Shown here piece after piece: positions 36,404 to 48,086 of a DNA stretch of 64,000 nucleotides (position 1 is its first letter; each line of letters starts with the position of its first letter). Below the pieces are notes generated by a model, which was not told the origin of the DNA, ran no database searches, and saw only the letters and a program-made list of their open reading frames with translations. Where the stretch lies: the NCBI GenBank assembly GCA_964016885.1, contig CAXHJY010001097.1, positions 158,354 through 222,353 of the forward strand, in the 5' to 3' direction. The stretch is from Eledone cirrhosa (lineage: Eukaryota). The position numbers and the translations under genes are program-made.

Positions 36404-36810
36404 GATCAGATGGCAGAAGTTGGGCAGTCTGCTGTTTCTTGTTATGTAATTCTACCAGAATCTCTTCAGGAGCCTTCGAGATGTTGGTCGAGGCAGTGTT
36501 GATCTGGTTCTCTATCAGTGTGGGTGTAATTCCAGTGATGTCCAAGTAGAGACTGTCGTAGTTGAGATATTGGTGGGCTCGGTTGTTGTAGGCCTCTCTG
36601 GTAATAACAAAATTATTTTCCCTTGTCCGATGAGAGGTATACAAGGTTCTTAGATCTGAGGTTAACTTAGGGTAGCGAGTTGTGGTCTGGAGAGGTTGTG
36701 GTGAGTATGTGTGTGTTTTTGTAGGATCTCGAGAATAAACTCTCACAGTTAAAACTTACCATGACTAACATCCTACAAAACACACACTTACTCCCCACAA
36801 CCTCTCCAGA
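36404..36810 (-). mobile_element. Possible Penelope-like ORF fragment
   Basis: NNFVITREAYNNRAHQYLNYDSLY resembles the segment after the ADKG motif preceding Penelope RT; short inversion 36687-36727/36770-36810. Confidence 0.45.
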
Positions 36811-37008
36811 GGTGAAAGCAGTGATTCTTTGCTTAAACTTTAATCTGTTCTTATAATATATATATAACCAAGTGAAAAGATATATATATATATCTTTTCA
36901 CTTGGTTATATATACAGAGAGAAAGAGCCACATATTGTATAGGATATATGATATATGGCTCTTTCTCTCGCTCTATATATATATTTATATTTGTATTTGG
37001 TTGTTATG

Positions 37009-37051
<43 letters not shown>

Positions 37052-37277
37052 CTTTATATTTGGTTGTTATGTCTCTCTCTCTCTATATATATATATATAT
37101 CTTTATATTTGGTTGTTATGTCTCTCTCTCTCTCTATATATATATATATACATATATCTTTGTATTTGGTCGTTATGGCTCTAGATAAAATCTATTGATC
37201 TTGCTTATTGAGTAACACAAAATTCTAAACATATTTGATGTGTTTTAATTCATTATTTGAGTATATATATATATATA

Positions 37278-37370
37278 CAGGAAGCAAAACATGTTCTCCT
37301 TAGAGAAGATACATAGAAAATGTATAATTTTTTCCTGATATGTTGGTAGACTAGCAGGCATATATATACG

Positions 37371-37425
<55 letters not shown>

Positions 37426-37505
37426 GTATGCCTGCTAGTCACTGATCTGTCCAAATTATACAATTTCTCTGTATTTTCTCTAAGGAGAACATGTGTTGCT
37501 TCCTG
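37278..37505. repeat. Imperfect inverted repeat around a (TA)n core
   Basis: CAGGAAGCAAAACATGTTCTCCTTAGAG versus CTCTAAGGAGAACATGTGTTGCTTCCTG. Confidence 0.8.
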
Positions 37506-38099
37506 TTATACATAAAACTTTGCATCTTCGAAATATATATAATGAAATAAATAGAGATGATATAAAGTATATATCTTCCGTTTATTACTAATATATATAT
37601 ATATATACACACACACACATATATATGCCATTATAGTTTATTGTTACGGCAGGAAAACCTTTAATTATAAGTTTACTTGACCATACCAACCTGGGACTTA
37701 ATTTAAGCCAGACGGTGTTGTCTCCCTTAGCACTAATCACTGAATTAATATCCAGTAACGTCTGCTTTTCTTCTAGGTTTAGTTAAGCCTTTATCATTAA
37801 CGTTACTCTATATTTACTATTATATTTTCCCAGTAAACATAATTATCTCACAAAATATTGTATCTATGAGATTTTGATGTTATTTATTTTGGGAACAATA
37901 CCTTAACATCAGCATGAGCGGCTTGTTAGAACAGAAAATGTAAGAGAATTCTGGCCAGATACGGACGGTTTAAATAAATGATTTAATAAATAACAGCTGT
38001 ATTGAAACACTACTGTGTTGTTCTGAGATGATTTCAGTAGAATTTCAAATGGTAGGACAAATATATTCTACATTTACTTTAATATAGATTTAAACAAAG

Positions 38100-38590
38100 A
38101 TGGTAGAATGACAGAATTGGTGGAGTGTCAGATAACCTACCATTGCAGTATTTGTCCTGGTTTTTAATATTCTGAGTTCAAATCCCACTGAGGTAAACTT
38201 TATATTTTATTCTTCTAGGCTGGATAAAATATATTTATATGTACTATGGTTGATTTAATAAACTTTGCCCTTCCCCCAAAATTGCTGGTCTTCAGCCTAA
38301 TTTACAAATAAATAGAGATTTAACAAGTTTGTTGCTTCAACTTTCTCAAAATACTTTTATTTAGTGTGGCTAGTGCAGTAAATTGGCAATAATCGGTAGA
38401 GCGTCAGACAACAATCTTTGCATCATATAGTTATGTCCTGTTACATTCTGAGTTCAAATCATGTGGAGGGTAGCTTTCCCTTTCATCCATACGGGGTTGA
38501 TAAAATAAAGTACCAGTAATGCACTGAGATTGATTTAACTTTCCCCACGCTCAATATTATTGGGCCTGTGCCTACATCAAATACCATTAT
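38100..38590 (+). mobile_element. Two decayed family-1 SINEs
   Basis: Two TTCTGAGTTCAAATC B-boxes followed by GATAAAATA motifs. Confidence 0.65.
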
Positions 38591-39106
38591 TTACTGTGTC
38601 TAACAACACTCAGTAACCTATACTATCACTACCCCAATGATACCAGCCAAGACAGTGTCTCAAAATTCTCTCTGGCCTGCAGAAACCCAGGTACCAGTTA
38701 CCTCATGCTCCTGGCTAAGGACAGAATGGAGAAAGGGTTAACCTGGAAGATAGTGAGGGAGATGCGTTGAAGTAGACATTAAAACCTCTTGGGGCCTCAC
38801 AAGTTTTAAAAACAACAAAGTTCAATAGAATTTTAAACATTTCAAATACCAATGAAGTGTTTGTGTTTGATTTATTCTAACTACTTTCAAGATATCATTA
38901 CATATGGTGTTCTTAACAGATATTTAGATGGGAAATTAACAAAAATATGGAATCACAGACTGGACAAATTCCTCAAATGTAACTCTTTACTTAACAAAAA
39001 TAGATTGAATTTCAGGAGATATATATAATTTAATTAATATATTATGAAAATAATTTACTCAAAAAAGAAAGAAGAATAAAGCTAGGAAAATACATATACA
39101 TTGCAT

Positions 39107-39563
39107 CAATCACACATCACAAGAGGGAATGTTGGTGTTGACCTCTAACATATCAGAATCAAGACACAGCATTACCTCAGGTGATAGAGGGTCTCCCTCA
39201 ATTACACATCACAAGAGGGAATGTTGGTGTTGACCTTTAGTATTTCTGAGACTAGACAGCATTACCTCAGGTGATAGAGGGTCTCCCTCAATTACACATC
39301 ACAAGAGGGAATGTTGGTGTTGACCTCTAACATATCAGAATCAAGACACAGCATTACCTCAGGTGATAGAGGGTCTCCCTCAATTACACATCACAAGAGG
39401 GAATGTTGGTGTTGACCTCTAACATATCAGAATCAAGACACAGCATTACCTCAGGTGATAGAGGGTCTCCCTCAATTACACATCACAAGAGGGAATGTTG
39501 GTGTTGACCTCTAACATATCAGAATCAAGACACAGCATTACCTCAGGTGATAGAGAGTCTCTC
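39107..39563. repeat. 92-bp tandem repeat, 5 units
   Basis: AAGAGGGAATG recurs at 39121, 39213, 39303, 39395, 39487. Confidence 0.92.
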
Positions 39564-39769
39564 ACTAATGCAATACAACAGGGAATTTTAGTTATTACCA
39601 AAAAAAAAAAAGAAAACGTATTTCACATTTATATCATTAAAAATGAATTTAGGAGGACAAAAGTCATGGAAAGAATTTTGATTCCAGTTAAAAACATATT
39701 TAAGAAATGGAGTCGGTAGAAGTGTAATGGTTACATTTTTGATGTTGGTGGACAATAAGTTTAGACTGG

Positions 39770-41050
39770 TAAAAGGAAGGGTATCTCAGGGTTCACAGTT
39801 AAATAGTTTTATCACCAGTGTGTGTGTTTCTGTCTAAGTTACTGTTAGACAAAATATTTCCCTCATGTTTCACTGGGGAAGGTCCTTTTTCTGCAGTCTG
39901 ACTATGTGGCCAACATGAGTAGAATTCTGAATAAAAGATGTCCAACATGTTTCACACTGGAAGTTTCTTTCCTCCAGTCTGAAGACATATATGTTTATTA
40001 AGTACCAAACTATCAGTAAAAGATTTCTCACATTTTTCACAATGATAGGTTTTTCTCCAAAGTGTTCTTTTGTGACTCTGTAACCATTTGTATATTTAAA
40101 AATAATATGGTTTTTCTCCAGTATGTGTAAAGAACCATTTGTAACAAAATGTAAACCCCTAGATGATATCGTTTGTCTCCAGTGTGTTCTTTCAAAACAC
40201 TGTTTTTAACATAACATTTCCCCTCATTTTTAACAGTGATATGATTTTTCTGCAGTATGTGTTGTTTTTGTTTGTCTTCAAATGATTGTTTTTCAAGAAA
40301 GATTACCCACTCATTTCACAGTGGCAAAGTTTTTTCCTCCAGTGTCAAACAAAATGAGAATTTCAAGTGAACACATTACCATATATTTCACAGTGATGTT
40401 GTTTGTCTCCACTGTGTTTGTTTGTGCTTATTTAAATCACTGCACCTGATGAAATATTTCTCACATATTTCACAATGGAAGTGTTTGTTCTTTTGTGAAC
40501 AGTTAAACTACTGTTTTCAAGAAAACATTACCCACACATTTCACAGTGACAGGGTTTTACTCCAGTGTTACTATATATGTCTCCAGCAAGATGAGAATTT
40601 CAAGGTACCAACTTACCACATATTTCACAGGGATGTTGTTTGTCTAGAGTGTGTTTATTTCTGTTTATTTAAATCACAGCAACTCACATATTTCACAACG
40701 GAAGTGTTTTTTCTCCAGTGTCACTATGTATATTGTCAAGAAGATTAGATTTGCTAATGAAAGACTTACTATATAGTGATATTGATTCTCTCCAGTGTGT
40801 ACTTTTGTGAATAATTAAATGAGAGCTACAGCCAAATATTTTACAATGGAAAGGTTACTCTTAAATCACTGGTTTTAATAAAAGATTTATCACAATGATA
40901 TGGCTTTTTCCCCAGTGTGACAACATATTTCCCAGTGATAGGGTTTGTCTTTAATATGTATGTGTTTGTGTGTAGATAATCCATCTACTGATGAGAATGT
41001 TTTCCTACAAATCTCACAGCTATATTTAGAAATATTCTTGTTCAGTACAC
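39770..41050 (-). pseudogene. Heavily decayed C2H2 finger array (second module)
   Basis: [27 protein letters not shown], then repeated CATATTTCACA and TTTCTCCAGTGT finger remnants with indels. Confidence 0.75.
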
Positions 41051-41067
41051 GTTTCATTGCAGAAGGG

Positions 41068-41767
41068 TTATACCCCAGTGTGAATACGTATGCGTTTAAC
41101 AAGATGGGATCTCTGAGTGAAACATTTCCCACATATTTCACAATGACAGGGTTTCTCTCCAGTGTGTGTTCTTTTGTGTATAGTTAAATAGCTCCTTACA
41201 ACAAAAGATTTCCCACATATTTCACAATGACAGGGTTTCTCTCCAGTGTGTGTTCTTTTGTGAATAGTTAAATAGCTCCTTACAACAAAAGATTTCCCAC
41301 ATATTTCACAATGGAAGGGTTTCTCTCCAGTGTGTATTCTTTTGTGTCCAGTTAAATGATTCCTTGTAAGAAAACATTTCCCACATATTTCACAATCGAA
41401 TGGTTTTTCTCCAGTATGTGTTCTTTTGTGTGTAATCAAAGTAGAGTTATGGAGAAAAGATTTGCCACATATTTCACAATGGAAGGGTTTCTCCCCAGTG
41501 TGTGTTCTTTTATGTTTAGTTAAATGTGTCCTCATAGCAAAATATTTCCCACATATTTCACATTTGAAGGGTTTCTCTTCAGTGTGTGTTCTTTTGTGTA
41601 ATGAAAGAGTAGACCTATGGCCAAAATATTTCCCACATATTTCACAATGGAAGGGTTTCTCTCCAGTGTGTGTTCTTTTGTGTAGTGACAGAGTATTGCT
41701 CTGGCCAAAAGATTGCCCACATATTTCATATTTGAAGGGTTTCTCTCCAGTGTTTGTTCTTTTGTGT
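41068..41767 (-). pseudogene. Out-of-frame continuation of the ZNF array (6 intact and 2-3 damaged fingers)
   Basis: ORF 41068-41970 carries CEICGK...HKRTHTGEKP repeats after the frameshift at ~41780. Confidence 0.8.
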
Positions 41768-42442
41768 CTACATAAGTCGTAAAGATTTCCCACACGTATC
41801 ATAATGGAGGGGATTTTCCCTAGTGTGACTACATATATGATTATTAAGCTTCCAACTCTCAGGAAAAGATTTCCCACATGTTTCACAAAGAAAGGGTTTC
41901 TCTCCTGTATGTATTCTTTTGTGTCTAGTAAAATGATTGCTTGTAACAAAACATTTCCCACATATTTCACAATGGAACAGTTTCTCTCCTGTATGTGTTC
42001 TTATGTGATTAGATAAATTGCTGTTCCACACAAAAGACTTTCCACATATTTCACAATGATAGGGTTTTTCCCCAGTGTGGCTACGTATGTGGCTAACAAG
42101 ATGGAATTTCTGAGTGAAACATTTCCCACATATTTCACATCTTAAGGGTTCCTCTCCAGTGTGTGTTCTTTTGTGTTTAGATAAATCACGGTTACAGACA
42201 AAAGATTTCCCACATGTCTCACAGTGGAAGTGTTTGTGTTTGTGTGTAGATAAATCATCTTCTGATGAGAAAGTTTTCCTACAAATCTCACAGCTATATT
42301 CAGGAATATTTCTGTGTAATGATCCATGTTCAGTACCTGTTTCACTAGGTAAAGGTTTCTCACCACTGTGTCTCTGTATAACTCTATCTATATTGGTAGA
42401 AATAGGTGTGGTAGAAATGTCCAAGTGTTTAACGTCCTCCAT
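41768..42442 (-). CDS. C2H2 zinc-finger protein, 6 fingers before a frameshift (gene or recent pseudogene)
   Basis: 224-aa ORF with a ~50-aa leader and C2H2 repeats; candidate TTCAG acceptor upstream. Confidence 0.75.
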   Translation of the reverse strand: MEDVKHLDISTTPISTNIDRVIQRHSGEKPLPSETGTEHGSLHRNIPEYSCEICRKTFSSEDDLSTHKHKHFHCETCGKSFVCNRDLSKHKRTHTGEEPLRCEICGKCFTQKFHLVSHIRSHTGEKPYHCEICGKSFVWNSNLSNHIRTHTGEKLFHCEICGKCFVTSNHFTRHKRIHTGEKPFLCETCGKSFPESWKLNNHICSHTRENPLHYDTCGKSLRLM

Positions 42443-42622
42443 ACTAATTCTTGAAGAATTCTTCGAAGTTCTGAAGATATATGACTGTGTAAGACAGATG
42501 TCGGTATAAGAAAGTGTAAGAGATAGTGTGTGTGTTTGTGTCTTAATAAATCAGGATTGTTCACCACGGAGTGTAGTAAAGTACACACTATCTGCTGTGG
42601 TAACAATACAAATAATACGTAC

Positions 42623-42711
42623 TTTATATTTCAAGTCCACGTGTAAAGTCAAGAAAGACCAGAAAAGCTAATTGTTCAGATGTTGGTGATTTAAACTTAT
42701 TTCTCACTGTC
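42623..42711 (-). other. Diverged paralogous 89-nt 5' UTR exon
   Basis: TTTTACAG/GACAG ... TATAAA/GTACGT; upstream AAG/GTATTAAATT at ~43000 matches 9760-9800. Confidence 0.65.
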
Positions 42712-43503
42712 CTGTAAAATGTGAAACAACCAATTCAAGATGTAGCGTAGTTTCACATGAAATGAAATATTTAATCATGTAGGAGATGGAACACCTACCC
42801 TGGAACATGTAGCTCACTCTATGTTATCTACAGAATATTAACTTTCACCTTAACATGAGATAATTGATACACAAGATATAATTAGATTAATTAAAGTTAT
42901 AATTAAGATAGCAGGTACGTGGTGTTGTTGAAAATGTTACCGCGCTCTTAAATAAAACGGGTGTCATACGTTAAAAGTCCCTGACCTAATTTAATACCTT
43001 TAGCCAGACCTTCAGTTACATCAATTCACTCCATCAATTGTATCAAACCCATGGTAAAACAAGCAGCATCACTCAGTGAAATATTTATTACGTATCAAGG
43101 AGGGAGTCTCCTACTTGGTTACTTGACTTGGTAGAAATAGCAGCCAAATATCACTATCTACTGTCTTACAACAACAAAGACCATATTTTGCAGTTTACTC
43201 TCTCACACACACGTATATATATATATATATATATGAGAATAAACGTGCTGCATGGTTACATATGAATAAAGTTAGTCCATCATCAGTGATCTTCCGATTT
43301 TTACTCTGAGAGCTAGAGCAGACACTGAACATATATCCAGATGTGCACACATCTATATAAGAACACATATATATATACACATATGTACACACAGATACAC
43401 ATATTTATAAACACGTAATTATACTCACATATAGATATACATATACACAAATGAAGATACAATCATATTCATGGACAGAAATTTCCCCACACATACATAT
43501 ACA

Positions 43504-43541
<38 letters not shown>

Positions 43542-43676
43542 TCATATATATGTATATATATTCTTTGCTTAAACTTTAATCTGTTCTTTTAATGTTTGCT
43601 CTGAGGTTTTTATATATATGATATATATTTATCCGTATCGAGCCCTCTTCGGATTTTAGTCTTCACATTTATTATA

Positions 43677-44486
43677 TACTAACAGTGGTACCCGGCGTTG
43701 CACGGGATAAGGTATTTTGGAACGCGGGCCCTCAACAGACCTAATTGTGGAAAAACTGCATGCCTGGACAATATGTAAAGAAAATAAATCAAAATCTCTG
43801 ATGGCTGGATAATCTTTAAAATTTTACTCGATGAAGCAGGAAAAATGCAGGTTTTCACCTAATGCGGGCCCTAGGGGATCAAGAACATGAATATTTTATT
43901 ATGTACTTTTATAGGCCTTGAAATGTCGGGAAAATCGGCTAGACCTAACGCCTCCAAAAAGCCCTAAGAGGCTGAAAAAATGAAGTTTTTTACCCTAGAC
44001 TATAAAAAAGTTGGAATTTCTTTGCTTACGGTATGAAGAAGAGACTGACTAATACATAGTTACAATTTCAAGGAAATCGGTCTGACGTAACACCTCAAAA
44101 ACCCCTAAAAACCTGAAAAAACGCAGTTTTTCACGTAATGTGGGCCCTAGGGGATCAAACTCACAGACACACACACACACACACGCAGGGACAGACATCC
44201 TCAGGGAAGTGACGTAATGCAGACAGTCAGACATACAGACAGATATTATAAGGGTGCGACGTTATATGTATGTATCTATCTAAAAAGAGAAAGACTAAGA
44301 ATTATAGAGCAAGATCACTAAATTGCCTAATGCTGTCCCTAGGGCATTGAGAATTGGAAATTTATTTTACTCAGAACACTCCCTGAAACATAAGTATTAC
44401 ATGTGTAAAGTTTGAAAACAGTCGGTTGGGTGGTTCTCGAGTTTTAGGGATTCAAACTCACACACACACACAGACAGACATCCTCA

Positions 44487-44497
<11 letters not shown>
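43677..44497 (+). mobile_element. Non-autonomous Helitron/Helentron-like element
   Basis: 5' TACTAAC...ACCCGGCGTTGCACGGG hairpin, internal GGGCCCTAGGGGATCAA repeats, 3' CACACAGACAGACA...TTTTATATA. Confidence 0.6.
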
Positions 44498-44542
<45 letters not shown>

Positions 44543-44609
44543 AAAGTTCTATTTATGGTTGCATTTAATAGGGTACGTCAAAATTATTTATAAAACTGTT
44601 TATATATTG

Positions 44610-44674
44610 TATTTTGTCTGATGAAGGCATACCATATTTTAATTTGGTATCCCTGAAATATGTATAATGAAATA
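44610..44674 (+). ncRNA. Type I hammerhead ribozyme motif
   Basis: TATTTTGT-CTGATGA-AGGCATACCA...TGGTATCCCT-GAAA-TATGTA-TA-ATGAAATA. Confidence 0.7.
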
Positions 44675-44711
44675 AATATGGTTTTATAAATATAGTTTCC
44701 ATTTATTAATA

Positions 44712-44890
44712 TGGCAGTATCGGTAGAGAGTTGGACGCCATGCTTTGACGCATAGAGTTACTGCCCTTGCCATTCTGAGTTCAAATCCCGCCGAGGTTAA
44801 CTTTGCCTTTCATCCTTACGGGGTCGATAAAATAAAGTACCAGTAATGTACTGGATAATTGCTGGCCTTGTGCCAAAAGTAGAAACAATT
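44712..44890 (+). mobile_element. tRNA-derived SINE (family 1)
   Basis: Matches 9310-9500. Confidence 0.82.
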
Positions 44891-44897
44891 AATATCG

Positions 44898-44944
<47 letters not shown>

Positions 44945-45150
44945 GTAGTATAACAATAAAATGTTAAAGGTAATCCGATAAGAGTCTACGAAAACGTCTC
45001 ATGGACAGTTTAAGCACACGGTAGTATGGGACTCAACAAGATGTTTACTACGGGGACAATTGTGCTTGTCTTCCTATGTAAATATATCTTGGAGTAATAA
45101 CAAAGTTAAGAATAACATGGTTGACAAAACAATCAAGGGTATTTAATTAT

Positions 45151-45255
45151 AGTCTTACAATTGTTTCCATGGTAGAATTATCTATAAATTACTAATACTG
45201 GAGAAGTATAAATCAACTTACAATACATTTAAATCAAACCATTTCATCAGAAACT
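45151..45255 (-). ncRNA. Type I hammerhead motif with a long loop II
   Basis: Minus strand AGTTT-CTGATGA-A-ATGGT...ACCAT-G-GAAAC-AATT-GTA-AGACT. Confidence 0.6.
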
Positions 45256-45373
45256 CTTAATAAATATAAAATATATGCCTAACGGTAAACTTAAAAGCAC
45301 TACAACGGAATTGGCTGTCAGAAGTGAAAGTAGAAGAATGTGACGTCATTCGTCAACCTTCGTTTATTTCCGT

Positions 45374-46706
45374 ATCACCACGGGTTTATTAAAGTTTATT
45401 TACGTTAGCGTAGTAATCAATGAAAATATATTTATTTCGCTCTGTATATCAAATTAGAAAACAAGTTAGCGTAATCGATTTGTTTTCAAATGAAAATATA
45501 TTTATATATTTCAAAAATATTTCAATAGCATGGATACAGTAAAGTGAGTAGATTTGAAAACACATCGATTACGCTAACACCACCAATGCAGACTCTCACA
45601 CAATCCCCACCACCATGTGTAAATAAATAAACTTTGAAATCACCACGTTCATGTAAAACTTGGTTTTTCACTTTGGGATAATACAAGTTGAAAAATATGA
45701 ATTCTACATTATACCCCAGGGTGGAGTTAATCATCGCCATATTTCCATCGCTACCCCTACTACAGCAGATACCATTAATTGGTTGAACAAACATGGACTT
45801 CTGAATACTGAAAAGGTCTGCCCATCATGTGGTGAACGTATGATGGAAGTAGCGAAAACAAATATGTCAGATGTAATAATCTGGCCATGTGGAAGCAATG
45901 TAGAAACATGGAGTCGATTAGAAAAGGCAGCGAATGTGGCTGTAGCAGATTGGAGAAAGTTTTGCCGTGATATCGATCTGCTTTATTATTATTTCCTTGG
46001 CTAAGTTAATATCTAAGTTTTTGCTTACACGTTAATTACAATTGTAACAGCTAGTCTAGTTTTTAATACACATGTTAAATAAGATTGTATATTATCGTTT
46101 TGTTTTAATTGTACCATAACTCTGGAAAAGTAGCTGGTTATTTGGTACCCATTGGACATACGAGAAGCTGTTATAATTATTAAACTACGGATGTTGAATT
46201 TATTTTCTTAATCCTGTATGTTATTAAAAGGTTCCCGAGTAGTACAGTAAATTAAAGCCTTTACGAACGGAACTATGCAATGAAAGTATTTTTAATAAGT
46301 GTATCTCATCGTAAACGTATCTCTTAGAAATTCATAAATGGCTGTGTAAACCCTTACACTTTAAAACAAAATTACAAACCAATTATGTGGTCATTGAAGT
46401 TGCTAGAAATAGCAGGCAAATCTTATACACTCTGCCACATCCTGTGTTCCTGGCAGCTGAGTATCAACCATCCATAAAGAATCTTCAATGTCTGCCAGTA
46501 TTACAGAACAAGGTTATCTTGCAGTTACCCGCGTTAAATTGTTTTTTTTAAAGAAAGTTTTCTAATTTTATAACTATGACTATGAAATAAAACGCGTGGA
46601 GATATGGAAACAAATAGATTACGCTAAACGTAAATAAACATAAATAAGTTGCAAATACGTGTATTATCCCAAAGTGAAAAACCAAGTTTTGCATCAACGT
46701 GGTGAT
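45374..46706 (+). mobile_element. Merlin (IS1595/ISXO2-like) DNA transposon remnant
   Basis: ORF 45660-46004 WLNKHGLL...CPSCGERM...SD..WPC and VADWRKFCRD; 50-bp inverted repeats 45639-45688/46657-46706. Confidence 0.65.
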
Positions 46707-46780
46707 GCATCAACGCTGGAAGATCCCACTCAGGATGAGAGAGCAGCCCGGGTGCCGGTAGCCGATGCCCTCGCTTCCTC

Positions 46781-47650
46781 TTTTATGGTGATTATTTCAT
46801 ATTAAGGTGGACGTTAATGTTTGTAAATAACATAAGGTGACTTATTTACCTTATAGTTGTTGTTTTATCACCTGTATCATTAAATATTGAAGTGGTTGTT
46901 CAACATTTTACAGGACAGGAAAATATTATTTTAATCAGAAATCAGTGAATATTTAGTTTTTACTAACTTTTCTTGACTTTATATTTGGTCTTGACAACTA
47001 AAGTACGTATTATTTCGTTTTCCACCACAACACAAACATTGTGAACTTTTCTATCTGAAGTGAAATATCTTGATTTATTACAACACCTACACACATATTT
47101 CTACACACACACACACACATTTCTATACACACACACATCTCTCTACCCCCCCCCCACCATCTCTCACACTCTCTCTCTCTCTCTCTCTGATTGAATTATT
47201 CATATATATAATATACGCTTGAATTTTCTTCGTCAAAAATCAGTCTTATGTTGTCATATATTTCCATTCAAGGTTGATAAAAAACAATACCAGTCTACCA
47301 CTGGGGTCTGTTCTTCCTCTCTATATTTCTATCTCACTTCCTCTCTCTCATTCTCTCTCCTTCTCTAGAAGAAATAAACTGTACAAACCTGTAGCGTGAA
47401 GGGCTCCACCAAGCTTCAAATGTCCACAGTGACATTCTTATGACTCCATCATTAAAAAACAAAACAAAAGAATTATGTGTTTATTTTGTAAACCTTAACT
47501 GGTTTATATCTGACAAAATATCCACATGTGTAAATAAAACCAATTCTATAACTTTAATATTTGTTGGATGGTACTTTCATGACAGTTGAAATTATGACTT
47601 TTTTAAAAAAAATAATTCACATTTGAAAATACTTTACAACTTTCTTCTCT
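46781..47650 (+). pseudogene. ZNF cassette remnant lacking the finger exon (89-nt exon at 46914-47002)
   Basis: 46781-47100 matches 9877-10200; 47265-47650 matches 13140-13530. Confidence 0.75.
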
Positions 47651-48086
47651 TTTTCTTCACCCATTTATTCCTGAGAGGGTTGTAGGGGGTAGAGTCCTCA
47701 CACACCCCTTATCAGTCCAATGTTTGTAAAATGTCCTCTATACACTACACTCACACAACAACAGATCACTCTGCACACACACACCACATCAAAACACCAC
47801 AATATACACCCCATCCCACACAACAGACACACATCATACCACACCACACCACAACACAACACATACAAACCAGGTAGTTATACCAACCCTGTATCTTGGT
47901 TTTAGTGATATTTTTGTAACAAATCCCAACATCCCAGACCTTATCAAGTGGAGTGGAACTCATCAGATTGGACATTAAATGATGAGCTGTGACATCTTTG
48001 GTGTCAACCTGTTTCAGCCATACCTTTGGACAACAATGTATAGATATATAGAAATCATATATATATATATATGTGTGTGTGTTCTA

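Noticed and set aside
43235-43295. Minus-strand CTGATGA hammerhead candidate (also near 47965)
   Set aside because: No GAAA at the required position
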